Virus record (IMG/VR): IMGVR_UViG_3300037044_000209
Coordinates: 1-34,582 of that record
Strand: one strand, 5' to 3'
DNA: 34,582 nt
Source: a virus
Taxonomy: Duplodnaviria; Caudoviricetes
Shown here: piece after piece, positions 1 through 8,471 of the stretch
How the letters are laid out: each line of letters opens with the position of its first letter
Position numbering within the stretch: position 1 is the stretch's first letter
The notes under the pieces: generated by a model
What the model saw: the letters and a program-made list of their open reading frames with translations, nothing else
Told to the model about the DNA's origin: nothing
The model's database searches: none
Position numbers and translations under genes: made by a program

Positions 1-174
1 CTATCCAATGCTAGGCTCGTTTTTCATTTTCTCAATTTCCATTTTTAAATACAACGCTTTGCTCTTATCGACTCTAAACTCCGGCCATCTCTTATCATGG
101 ATACTTTTTGGGTAGTCTTTCCACTTAAGTCTTAATTTTTCCAAACTATTTTCTAAATCTTGAATTGTTACCAT
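1..174 (-). CDS. Hypothetical 57-aa protein (not in ORF track)
   Basis: Manual translation MVTIQDLENSLEKLRLKW...NEPSIG*; start overlaps the end of 168..542; TAG at 1-3. Confidence 0.7.
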   Translation of the reverse strand: MVTIQDLENSLEKLRLKWKDYPKSIHDKRWPEFRVDKSKALYLKMEIEKMKNEPSIG

Positions 175-542
175 CTATTCTTTTTTAACAAATTAGGTAT
201 TGTATCGCTGGTTGCTTTAATTATTGCTTTACACATTTCAATATCACTAGATCCTACATGGACCTCTTTCTTAAATATTTGTTTTAATAATTCATATATT
301 CTTGTTCTAGTGCAAATTCTTGCTTTCCAGTAAGTATCAATTCTGTCGTGAGTTTTTATTCTCAACTGCCTTAGTTCTTTATTTGCGAGAGTTCCCAGGG
401 GTTTCTTTGTGTTGTTATGGCAACCGACATAAGCGTCACAATCTTTACAGTAATAGCACATATAAGATTTACCAAAATTTTTACCATATATCATTTTGTT
501 CTCACACCAAATAGCCTCTTTCCCACAATATTGACAAATCAT
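168..542 (-). CDS. Zinc-finger protein (DUF3268-like)
   Basis: CxxCG...CxxCDAYVGCH...PLGTLANKELRxLR..H..D..W signature. Confidence 0.8.
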   Translation of the reverse strand: MICQYCGKEAIWCENKMIYGKNFGKSYMCYYCKDCDAYVGCHNNTKKPLGTLANKELRQLRIKTHDRIDTYWKARICTRTRIYELLKQIFKKEVHVGSSDIEMCKAIIKATSDTIPNLLKKNRW

Positions 543-952
543 ATTTCTCTGTAAACTGGTATTCTATTTTTTAAAATCATTTTATAACCCCTTTTGTTAT
601 TTTCTTTATTTCTTTTGTATGTATGCTCTGCCCTACTAGTTCCAGTATGGTGTAGCATACTAGTTGTTACGGTGTACCCTACTAGTTGATACGAATTTAC
701 CTTGCCTTTTCCAGGTCTAGTGACTTTTATAAATCCATTCTTTTCCAAACGATCAATTGACTCTATAGCCGACGAATGCCCACACCTTGTGACTTTTTCA
801 ATTTGACCAAAGGAAATTTTGTCAGATTCTTTTTTCCAGCCGATTGTTTTTCTAAATATAACAAGTAATATTCTTAAATCTAAACCAGTAAGCTCTGCCC
901 TACTAGTTAGCCATTCCAAATATGAGTTTTCTATGTTTGTGTGACCATTCAC
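539..952 (-). CDS. Phage replication initiator, lambda O N-terminal-like
   Basis: LRILLVIFRKTIGWKKESDKISFGQ plus wHTH; GTG start; internal iterons. Confidence 0.8.
   Translation of the reverse strand: MNGHTNIENSYLEWLTSRAELTGLDLRILLVIFRKTIGWKKESDKISFGQIEKVTRCGHSSAIESIDRLEKNGFIKVTRPGKGKVNSYQLVGYTVTTSMLHHTGTSRAEHTYKRNKENNKRGYKMILKNRIPVYREI
625..687. repeat. Three 17-bp iteron-like repeats (putative origin)
   Basis: GCTCTGCCCTACTAGTT (625-641), GGTGTAGCATACTAGTT (649-665), GGTGTACCCTACTAGTT (671-687), next to an AT-rich tract at about 560-620. Confidence 0.7.
892..908. repeat. Fourth, distal iteron copy
   Basis: GCTCTGCCCTACTAGTT, identical to 625-641. Confidence 0.65.
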
Positions 953-1050
953 CTTAGGTCACCAAAAAAGCCGGAGTTATTTGTAGTTGAGACAACAAGC
1001 CCCTCCGGCTTATGTGGTGATGTAAAGTGAGAAAATGGCTTGTGTCTCAT
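949..1050 (-). CDS. Putative 33-aa leader peptide coupled to the initiator
   Basis: MRHKPFSHFTSPHKPEGLVVSTTNNSGFFGDLR*; TGA overlaps the initiator GTG (GTGA); ATG 7 nt after a -10 box. Confidence 0.55.
   Translation of the reverse strand: MRHKPFSHFTSPHKPEGLVVSTTNNSGFFGDLR
964..1011 (-). terminator. Terminator/attenuator hairpin upstream of initiator
   Basis: AAGCCGGAG...CTCCGGCTT followed by TTTT; loop complementary to 1037-1049. Confidence 0.7.
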
Positions 1051-1057
1051 TACATTC

Positions 1058-1086
1058 ATACTAGAGTACCAAATCAGTCTTGTAAA
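1058..1086 (-). promoter_or_regulatory. Sigma70-type promoter of the replication operon
   Basis: TTTACA-17-TAGTAT. Confidence 0.6.
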
Positions 1087-1107
1087 CTAGTAAAAACTAT
1101 ATCAGAT

Positions 1108-1155
1108 AAAAAAACACCCCCGAGCACGCTTTTTAGAGGAGCCACCCAAGGGTAT
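1108..1155 (-). terminator. Intrinsic terminator after excisionase-like gene
   Basis: G.U-rich stem ATACCCTTGGGTG/TGCTCGGGGGTGT followed by a T-run. Confidence 0.65.
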
Positions 1156-1173
1156 ATTTTAAGAATACACATT

Positions 1174-1368
1174 TTAAAAACCTTTGTCAAATAGTTTATT
1201 GACAGTTTGCTTTTCCAGCCATTTTAGAAGGTCGCTTTCCCTGATACGAACATTCCTATCCAATCGGATATAAGGAATTTGGTTTCGGGAAATGAGAAGA
1301 TACAATTTTGCCTTTGATACCTTTAGGTATGAAGCTACTTCGGGTACGGTCATAATCCTGTCGTCCAT
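1174..1368 (-). CDS. Excisionase-family (HTH_17-like) DNA-binding protein
   Basis: MTVPEVASYLKVSKAKLYLLI...IPYIRL..NVRIRESDLLKW; SD AGGAGG. Confidence 0.85.
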   Translation of the reverse strand: MDDRIMTVPEVASYLKVSKAKLYLLISRNQIPYIRLDRNVRIRESDLLKWLEKQTVNKLFDKGF

Positions 1369-1613
1369 CTTCCCTCCTGTAATCTCTCCACAATCTTTTC
1401 CACATAAGCACCGACAATTGCCTGTCTCATTTTTACCGGCATACCGTTATTGAACTCAACACTCGGAAACGGTGGTAAATCATCAATAGATAAATCCTGT
1501 CTAATTTCAAATTTAGTTGTGTTACTTTCTGTCAGACAAGGAACGCATTGGTCTGATAAATAATTACTGCATATTTTGCAGGTTGTGTATTTTGATAAAA
1601 TAATTTCTTTCAT
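1350..1613 (-). CDS. Hypothetical Cys-motif protein
   Basis: CxxC...CxxC; start moved to ATG 1613, which follows a GGAG SD. Confidence 0.6.
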   Translation of the reverse strand: MKEIILSKYTTCKICSNYLSDQCVPCLTESNTTKFEIRQDLSIDDLPPFPSVEFNNGMPVKMRQAIVGAYVEKIVERLQEGRWTTGL

Positions 1614-1659
1614 AATTTTTTCTCCACGGCAGAGGAAGGTAGTCTGCCGTGATTGAAGC

Positions 1660-1917
1660 CTATTCAGTCCGGTGATACCTGTCGCATATTTGGCAATAGT
1701 GCATTCCCAGGTACTCATTTGGCTTATCACCATTTTCCGGTTTTTGGTTCGCTACGTTCAAACCATTTCCAGCTACATGGTACCTTTGACACTTTTTGCA
1801 GTAATGCAAGACCAAGTATTCACTCGGCTCGTTCACCTTTTTGGCGGGGATGACGATTGATAACAATCCCTTCCCTACATTCCGCAAGATGATTCCGGCT
1901 TCGTTTACGGCGGTCAT
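1660..1917 (-). CDS. Small protein with duplicated HYCxxCxRYH motif
   Basis: EYLVLHYCKKCQRYH and EYLGMHYCQICDRYH; SD GAGGAGGT. Confidence 0.65.
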   Translation of the reverse strand: MTAVNEAGIILRNVGKGLLSIVIPAKKVNEPSEYLVLHYCKKCQRYHVAGNGLNVANQKPENGDKPNEYLGMHYCQICDRYHRTE

Positions 1918-1973
1918 GACTACCTCCTCTGCTGCCTTAACGGGACTAACGTTGCCCGTTTTAGCCCAAGTTG

Positions 1974-3491
1974 TTAATGATCAATAGTTGGTCTTGTTTC
2001 TGCTTTTACCTCCTGTGTATGCCGTCTATTGATAACCTCCAAAGCATCTCGAACTCTTACCCCTTTATCTTTCAAAAGGTCTAGTTTGACTTCCTCTAAT
2101 AAGGCTTTGCTATCAGAATCTATAATGGGGCTGGTCTTTGTTTCTAATATGTGCCGAATATAATGATCCATCCTTTGTTCACTAACATGCCGGCGGATAA
2201 TACATTCTCTTCGTTTCATTCGCTGAATCCAGTTGCCAATTTCCAAATATTGGCCTCGATCATTTTCGATTACTGGCTGGCGACTCGAATCAGTTGCCGG
2301 TAATTTCTCCATCTTTGGATCATATTTGAATAATTGTTGAGCTATCTCAAATGCTTCATTGAAATTTGATACCGCAAAAGATACGACATTCCCCAAAGAC
2401 CAAATATGAGGGCGGAGTTCCTCACTCATCTGGGCTAATTCCTGTAAAACAATGTAAAGCTGTAATTTTCGACTTCGGTATTGTGGTGAAAGTTGAGAGA
2501 GTTCCGGTGCCATTCCAGGAATTGAGAGAAGGGAGTAAACCTCATCAAGTACCAAAGAAACGGGTTTCTCATTTGGATCAGCCGGCCTTCTCCTTTTTAT
2601 TTCAGCCAAAATTAGGGAAAAGGCTTGGGTAAATAGGTAATGTTGAGCTTGTTCTTGACCAATCATTTTTGCACCGTCAATTATGACCATCTTTCCACCC
2701 TCAATGGCTTCTTTAGGAGTCCAGCCTGGGTGGTAATAACCTAATCTTGCCTTAACCTCCCGGATATCGGTAAGATTAAGTAATGACCGGAGAGCATAAG
2801 TCCTCATTTCTCTTTCTCCAGATTTGATGTCTTGACTCAGATATTCGCAATTTAAAAACCAAGCGGTTTCAGGTATTTTTGATCCATATTTTTTCAACGC
2901 ATTTCGTAAAAAACCTTTATCCACCATCAAACGTTTCGTTTCCGTAATCTGCCATGTTTCCTGTGAATCGATTTCGTCATTTGATATCGCTGTAAGCATA
3001 CGGAAGAAATGAGGGGCGATTTCATTGACTGCTAAACCTCCCAAAATTGGGGCATTTTTTATCAGGTGAGGGGATAGCTTTGATAAATTACTGACAACTC
3101 TTTGGATCTGTTCTTCGTAATTACCACCATAAGCAAGTGAAAACTCCGGCATGGGAATTACCCAATCAGGGTTTCCCAACTGGTCATAAACAACTCTTCT
3201 AAGATAACCATTTCTCTTGGTTGGCTCTTCATTGAGAAGCATCGTTAGAATGCTGTCAGTGATCGATCCGCTCCAATCTAGGACAAAGACCGCCCTGTCG
3301 GGATATCGTTTGAAATAATCGACCAGGTGACGTGCTAGACTGGTGGTTTTACCTGTTCCCTGTTTTCCAATATAAAGAGTTCCCATGGTCAATCCTTCGT
3401 CAAACAACTCGTCTTCTTTTCCAATCGCCAAAGAAGAAGAAATTGGATGGTACCCAAAAAGCAATCTATTTATAGTTCTAAGATTGAGCAT
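1974..3491 (-). CDS. VirD4/TraD/HerA-superfamily P-loop ATPase (coupling-protein-like)
   Basis: Walker A GKQGTGKT, VFVLD, Walker B LVLDEV, RSRKLQLYIVLQELAQ, GNVVSF; no obvious TM segment. Confidence 0.75.
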   Translation of the reverse strand: MLNLRTINRLLFGYHPISSSLAIGKEDELFDEGLTMGTLYIGKQGTGKTTSLARHLVDYFKRYPDRAVFVLDWSGSITDSILTMLLNEEPTKRNGYLRRVVYDQLGNPDWVIPMPEFSLAYGGNYEEQIQRVVSNLSKLSPHLIKNAPILGGLAVNEIAPHFFRMLTAISNDEIDSQETWQITETKRLMVDKGFLRNALKKYGSKIPETAWFLNCEYLSQDIKSGEREMRTYALRSLLNLTDIREVKARLGYYHPGWTPKEAIEGGKMVIIDGAKMIGQEQAQHYLFTQAFSLILAEIKRRRPADPNEKPVSLVLDEVYSLLSIPGMAPELSQLSPQYRSRKLQLYIVLQELAQMSEELRPHIWSLGNVVSFAVSNFNEAFEIAQQLFKYDPKMEKLPATDSSRQPVIENDRGQYLEIGNWIQRMKRRECIIRRHVSEQRMDHYIRHILETKTSPIIDSDSKALLEEVKLDLLKDKGVRVRDALEVINRRHTQEVKAETRPTIDH

Positions 3492-4194
3492 TTTGTGTCA
3501 ACGGGTAAGTTTTCCCGTCCTCCCCCCAGATGTAAATTGGGGCTGATAACTGTTCACCAATAGGAACAGATTTGAAAGTTTCAAAGTCGGTAAAAAATAC
3601 CGGCAATCCAATAGGTATAATCTCCCAAACAAACTTCTGAACTTTTTCTCTTGGCACGTCGATAACAAATATGATGATACTTTCGGTACTAAATCGGCTG
3701 TTTATTATTGAGAGGTTATTTTTATAAGAAGTCAACTTGTTTTTTATGTTGTTGTATTTCTGGAAATTGTCCTTGGTGCTATATTCCACCAATATCATCT
3801 TTCCATTGGGGAATTTGATACCTACATCTGGGATACTTCGACATCCAAAAAACTTTCTTTCTGGGATTACAAGGGACTCCATATTTGACCTCCAAAATCT
3901 GACCATACATTCGGTACAACCTAAACCATGAGCAATCAAGTAAATAATGTCTGGGTTTCTAACTCGGCGGGGGCAAGCATAGACCAGTCGTTTCCCAAAG
4001 TTTGTTGAAAATAATGACCTGGCTCTAGTCTTCGGGTTGTCGTAGTTTTTTACTAGTCTTGGCAAAATTACCTCAGTCCTTCGATGTCGTTTCGTCGTGC
4101 CGGTAAACCAGATGATGTAGTGCTCTTTGGCGGCCCAGTGAAATAATTGGGAGACCTCTAAATACTTTAGTTGAGATAAGGTGGCCTTCTTCAT
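3478..4194 (-). CDS. Replication-relaxation (Replic_Relax)-like nuclease/relaxase
   Basis: N-terminal wHTH-like region, HxL motif, PD...ExS..K...Y catalytic-like pattern; coupled to the ATPase. Confidence 0.6.
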   Translation of the reverse strand: MKKATLSQLKYLEVSQLFHWAAKEHYIIWFTGTTKRHRRTEVILPRLVKNYDNPKTRARSLFSTNFGKRLVYACPRRVRNPDIIYLIAHGLGCTECMVRFWRSNMESLVIPERKFFGCRSIPDVGIKFPNGKMILVEYSTKDNFQKYNNIKNKLTSYKNNLSIINSRFSTESIIIFVIDVPREKVQKFVWEIIPIGLPVFFTDFETFKSVPIGEQLSAPIYIWGEDGKTYPLTQNAQS

Positions 4195-4276
4195 ATTTCT
4201 TCCCTTATGGGGTGGAGAAAAAAGGCACTAAAAATTTTCCTCCACATAATAAACTTAACATTTCCATTGATGTTTA

Positions 4277-4588
4277 TCAATTAAAGAAAAACAATCGGAT
4301 GATAAAAATTGTCAAACTGGCTAGTACCAACCATCCCAAAATTAGAGTAATGCTGGCGACTATTTTTGCTCCTGTTCGTAAGGCTGGATGATAGCCTAAA
4401 GGTAATCCTGCTTCTGTTGCTTCCTCTATCCAATTATCAGCAATCCTATCAATAGACTTTGGAATTCCTACATAAATACTGGTGATTGAAGTAATGGTCA
4501 AAAAAAACATCATCCTAAAAAACCTGAGTATCCAGGGGAATAAACCCCTCAAAATAGAAAAAACTAATCGAACCAAGTTCCTAAACAT
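4277..4588 (-). CDS. Membrane protein
   Basis: Two hydrophobic helices; SD GGAGGT. Confidence 0.7.
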   Translation of the reverse strand: MFRNLVRLVFSILRGLFPWILRFFRMMFFLTITSITSIYVGIPKSIDRIADNWIEEATEAGLPLGYHPALRTGAKIVASITLILGWLVLASLTIFIIRLFFFN

Positions 4589-4995
4589 ACATACCTCCCA
4601 TCTTTTAAAACTGCGATAAGCATTGGGTCATAAGCACATAAAGCTGAAAGGAAATATAATAATCCGATTCCAATCACCGAAAATACTGTAACCAATGCTC
4701 CTAGACTGTTTTCTACTGCTTTTTGATTAGCTTCTTTTCTCTTTTCTTCCTGTTCTCTTTTGGCTTCAATTACCTGAATATCTTCGGCAATTAGAAACCC
4801 CTGAACTTCAATTCCCTGGGAAAGAAATTCAAAAAGTCTTTTCTGGATATCCGGGGGAACTTTCCCTAGATAATCTTGAGCCGGCATAATCCACCAGTTG
4901 CCGATCTGACAAGGGGATTTAACTAACTCCCCATATCCGATGACCTCGAAATCATTTTGGATTTTAAAATCTAATTGGCTTGTTTTGGTTTCCAT
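4564..4995 (-). CDS. Membrane-anchored hypothetical protein
   Basis: Coiled coil followed by one TM helix; SD AAGGAG. Confidence 0.7.
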   Translation of the reverse strand: METKTSQLDFKIQNDFEVIGYGELVKSPCQIGNWWIMPAQDYLGKVPPDIQKRLFEFLSQGIEVQGFLIAEDIQVIEAKREQEEKRKEANQKAVENSLGALVTVFSVIGIGLLYFLSALCAYDPMLIAVLKDGRYVCLGTWFD

Positions 4996-5019
4996 TTTTT
5001 ACTCCTTGCGTATAATTTA

Positions 5020-5047
5020 AGATATTCCCAACCAACCGACAATATCT
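5020..5047. promoter_or_regulatory. Inverted repeat in divergent promoter region
   Basis: AGATATT-N14-AATATCT between 4995(-) and 5062(+). Confidence 0.35.
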
Positions 5048-5061
5048 GAGGGGAAATCAAG

Positions 5062-6087
5062 ATGTCTGAATTTTTTAGAGAGAAAATCGTTAAATTAGAG
5101 AGCCTTGATGAGAGGGAAAAGGTAATCCTCGACTTTATCATGGCGGATGTAAATGTCAAAATTGTTGACATTGCCAACCAAATTCACCTTGGAGAGAGTA
5201 CAACTCGTAATACTTTGTCGGGTATATTCACTAAACTGGGTGTACCGGCTGATGAGCGAGACAAGCGTGGTTTTGTTGTCAGAGAGTATTCAGAGGCCTA
5301 CAGAGAGAGGTATCTGAAGGTTGGAGAGATACCCTCTCAACCCCAAAATAGCCCCGTTAGCGAGCCCAGGATTGACGTTTCCCCTCCGAGCCGAAGGGTA
5401 AGTCAACGAGTTGTCATAATTGGAATAATTGGCGGTTTTGCCCTAATATCTATTTGCTCAATTATATTCCTTTTGGTTTTTTTGAGAGTTTTAAATCGAC
5501 CTATGCCGGTAGTGATGGCCAGTGCAATGCCACAAACTGTAGTTGAACAAAATACCCCAGAGCCTGTATATGTCTATGAAACTGCCACCCCAGAAACTGT
5601 AGTGATAATTCCTTCGACTGCCACAAATGTTCCAACTTACACCTCAGTTCCTCCAACCCCAACGTATCTTCCGACACCAACACGAAAAGACCTTTATGCT
5701 CAAGGCGAATGGACATATTTAAGAGAGAATGTTTTTATTTCTCTTGACCAAGATTTTTGGACTGCTTGGTGGGCTAGTTGTATTAATGACCCAGGTTTTG
5801 TTGTAAATTTTGAAGTTAGAAATGAAGGAACGAGTGATTTTTTAATGCGTTTTGACAAAATGTCTTTTTCGGCAGTCGACAATACAGGAAAGTCATATCA
5901 GTTAACCGGTTCTGGTTCAGGACAATGTGAAGACTTTGGTATCTACAGTGAAACGGTGCGAGATGGAGGAAGTAGGTTTTTTGTTATAGCCTTTGCTGGA
6001 CAGATACTTGTTGACGCTAGATATATAGATATAACAATCAATGATATTTCAGGTAGTGGAAAAATTGTATTTAGAAAGAATCTGTAA
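5062..6087 (+). CDS. LuxR-type HTH, TM helix, Pro/Thr linker, extracellular beta-sandwich (DUF4352-like)
   Basis: LDEREKVIL...IANQIHLGESTTRNTLSGIFTKLGV; long hydrophobic helix; PTPT linker; FSAVDNTGKSY. Confidence 0.7.
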   Translation: MSEFFREKIVKLESLDEREKVILDFIMADVNVKIVDIANQIHLGESTTRNTLSGIFTKLGVPADERDKRGFVVREYSEAYRERYLKVGEIPSQPQNSPVSEPRIDVSPPSRRVSQRVVIIGIIGGFALISICSIIFLLVFLRVLNRPMPVVMASAMPQTVVEQNTPEPVYVYETATPETVVIIPSTATNVPTYTSVPPTPTYLPTPTRKDLYAQGEWTYLRENVFISLDQDFWTAWWASCINDPGFVVNFEVRNEGTSDFLMRFDKMSFSAVDNTGKSYQLTGSGSGQCEDFGIYSETVRDGGSRFFVIAFAGQILVDARYIDITINDISGSGKIVFRKNL

Positions 6088-6127
6088 ATTATTCAGTGAA
6101 TAAAATTTTTAATCTAAGGAGATAAAG

Positions 6128-6730
6128 ATGAAACCATTAGATGGTGCTTGGGAACACCTATCAAAAATTGAGGAATATTCATATACGTGTGGTTATTGTG
6201 GTACGAAAACCGGGGTTAATGTTGGCTATCAGGTAGGCTTACCAACGCACAAAATCTATATATGTGGTGGTTGCAAGAGACCTTCTTTCTTTGAAGTAGA
6301 TAGAGATTATAACGAGATTTATCAAACTCCGGCACCAGCTTATGGTGATGACTTACAGAATCTTACTAAGGAAATCGAACAGCTTTATAAACAAGCAAGA
6401 AGATGTATTCAAGCAGGGGCATATACAGGCTGTATTCTAATTTGCCGAAAAATCTTAATGCACGTCGCCGTAGAAGAAGGGGCTAAACCAGGAGAATCTT
6501 TTCTGTCTTATGTTACATACCTTCAAACAAACAACTACATTCCGCCGAAAGGTAAAGGTTGGGTAGACTACATTAGAGAAAGAGGAAATGAAGAAAATCA
6601 TGAAGTGGTGTTGTCAAATTTGGGGGACGCAACTTTGTTGATCGATTTTACCTCTATGTTGTTAAGAAATGTTTACGACTTTCCTGCCAGAGTTCCAAAA
6701 CCTCCAACTACTACACCAACTGTTTCATAA
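6128..6730 (+). CDS. Zn-ribbon plus DUF4145 (HEPN-like) protein
   Basis: CGYCG...CGGC; LYKQARRC..GAYTG..LICRKIL; IRERGNEENH (RxxxNxxxH); SD AAGGAG. Confidence 0.8.
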   Translation: MKPLDGAWEHLSKIEEYSYTCGYCGTKTGVNVGYQVGLPTHKIYICGGCKRPSFFEVDRDYNEIYQTPAPAYGDDLQNLTKEIEQLYKQARRCIQAGAYTGCILICRKILMHVAVEEGAKPGESFLSYVTYLQTNNYIPPKGKGWVDYIRERGNEENHEVVLSNLGDATLLIDFTSMLLRNVYDFPARVPKPPTTTPTVS

Positions 6731-6752
6731 CTTTCTATTGTAGTAGTAGATT

Positions 6753-6989
6753 TTAGTTTCCACCCAATTTTTGAGCAATTTTATAAGCTCCTGAGCTTGA
6801 TATTCCAACGGCAAGTCCTACCTCAATGCTCGGCAGTCCAAACCATTGAAGAAAACCAAAAAGCCCTCCGGCAATTACTGCCAAGACAAATTTAATAAAA
6901 GATCCCCAATTTTTATCTATGGCAAATTGGAGACCATTAATTAAGCCGATTATAACGAATCCTGCTATTGCAAATTGTTCTAAATTCAT
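6753..6989 (-). CDS. Probable holin
   Basis: 78 aa, three short hydrophobic segments, GLAVGISSSGAY; directly downstream of the endolysin. Confidence 0.7.
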   Translation of the reverse strand: MNLEQFAIAGFVIIGLINGLQFAIDKNWGSFIKFVLAVIAGGLFGFLQWFGLPSIEVGLAVGISSSGAYKIAQKLGGN

Positions 6990-7064
6990 TGTTGTTTTTA
7001 ACTTATAATTTTTTTTATATTTGGTTAGCAGTTCTAAAACTTTACTGCTAAAGAAGTCTAATTT

Positions 7065-7850
7065 TTAAAGAGTCTTGGACTTTATGGATAAAATCCACTT
7101 GTCGATAGACTCTTTATTAGCTAAATAAATATTTTTAATACCCAATATAACAAGGTCTATCCCTTTTTCTAAACTTTCTTGACACTTTTTAAGAGATGAG
7201 TTGGCATCTCTCAGTTCACCGCTCACTTTATCAAAATCAATTTTTAAATTATGGATGTTACTTTCCAGTTTTGGAATATCTTTAGCCCATCCAATCATGG
7301 CATTAATAGCACCTTCAGCGTTACCGTCTTTCAAGCGTTTATCGGTCTTCCAAAAACCATTAAATTTCTCTAAAACTATTTTTTCTTCTTGTGTCATATT
7401 ATCTTCGTTGATTAACTTAATAACTTTATCAATATCTAATGTTCCAGGGCAAGCAGTGGGTTTATCAGAAACTTCTTTATGCCCTTTAATATGTTGGCGG
7501 TCTACAGGGATTTGGTAACGACTACAGATGTCTTTGACTAACTCAGCGAGAGTGTTGTATGTTGCTTCGGTAATAGGAAGATTTGGACCACCTTCGTTTT
7601 CAATTCCTATGCTCTGGCGGTTTACCAATAAATTACCAGCGTGCCAGGCACAATCTTCTTCTTTGACGTATTGATGAATATCATTATCCCCAACTCCGTA
7701 ATGTGCCGAAGCTAATCGAGTGGGTGATTGAAAGGTAGCGTCACATGATTCTAGGCTTCCGACTATCCAATGTAAAATTACAAATTGGATTTTGTTATTG
7801 TATCTACTACCGTAGTTATTAGAATGAGCTCCTATCCATTTTATATTCAT
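7065..7850 (-). CDS. N-acetylmuramoyl-L-alanine amidase endolysin (Amidase_2) with C-terminal coiled coil
   Basis: ILHW, SAHY, AWHAG, SIGIE, GHKEV..TACPG motifs. Confidence 0.92.
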   Translation of the reverse strand: MNIKWIGAHSNNYGSRYNNKIQFVILHWIVGSLESCDATFQSPTRLASAHYGVGDNDIHQYVKEEDCAWHAGNLLVNRQSIGIENEGGPNLPITEATYNTLAELVKDICSRYQIPVDRQHIKGHKEVSDKPTACPGTLDIDKVIKLINEDNMTQEEKIVLEKFNGFWKTDKRLKDGNAEGAINAMIGWAKDIPKLESNIHNLKIDFDKVSGELRDANSSLKKCQESLEKGIDLVILGIKNIYLANKESIDKWILSIKSKTL

Positions 7851-7927
7851 CTATTACTTAATATATAAGCGATACAGCCCAATGTTAGGATAATTGACAC
7901 ACCTTGGGCAAGCGTGTAGTCGTTCAT
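7847..7927 (-). CDS. 26-aa single-TM microprotein (not in ORF track)
   Basis: MNDYTLAQGVSIILTLGCIAYILSNR*; ATGA overlaps at both ends. Confidence 0.7.
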   Translation of the reverse strand: MNDYTLAQGVSIILTLGCIAYILSNR

Positions 7928-8277
7928 ATTTGTTGATTTTTTTCTGTCTGCCCGTCATTGTGCTTTCGGGCATGACTGAACAAATAATAAAGTAGCATGT
8001 AAGTAGCAAAGATGATTATTTTGTCAATTATTAAAAAGAGGGTATCTGGAACTAAATTTTTTTGATTATTTATCATAGCCACGACTGCGTAATAAATAAA
8101 GTAAAGATTCTCAATTAGGATAGATGTAAACAAAGCTAATAATACTAATCGTGTTTTTCTGAGTCCGTTAAGAGTATTTCGCTTATCCCAATAGCTTATA
8201 AAAATAGGAATAATTATTAGTAGAAGGGGAATACATTGTAAAGTTCTGAAAATAATGGTTAGTGTTATATTATTCAT
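7924..8277 (-). CDS. Three-TM membrane protein in lysis cassette
   Basis: Three hydrophobic helices; ATGA-coupled. Confidence 0.65.
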   Translation of the reverse strand: MNNITLTIIFRTLQCIPLLLIIIPIFISYWDKRNTLNGLRKTRLVLLALFTSILIENLYFIYYAVVAMINNQKNLVPDTLFLIIDKIIIFATYMLLYYLFSHARKHNDGQTEKNQQI

Positions 8278-8471
8278 TTCCCAATCCTCACATCTTCTAT
8301 TTCTCTAATAACTAAGTCTATATTTTTTGATTCAATAATAAATTTAAACCGTTTATTGATTCTCTTCAGGTCATTGATAGCCTGTTTTTTTTCAACAAAT
8401 AAAGCCTCCCTTTCTTGGTTTATTTCATCGTGTCCATTTAAACCTAGTAATTTTTTTATCCATGATGTCAT
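8274..8471 (-). CDS. Hypothetical coiled-coil protein
   Basis: ATGA-coupled on both sides; amphipathic N-terminus. Confidence 0.6.
   Translation of the reverse strand: MTSWIKKLLGLNGHDEINQEREALFVEKKQAINDLKRINKRFKFIIESKNIDLVIREIEDVRIGK

Noticed and set aside
50-60. AAAGCGTTGTA on the minus strand, similar to the late-leader motif
   Set aside because: Inside a CDS, last base differs, no -10 box or hairpin-ATG context; probably chance
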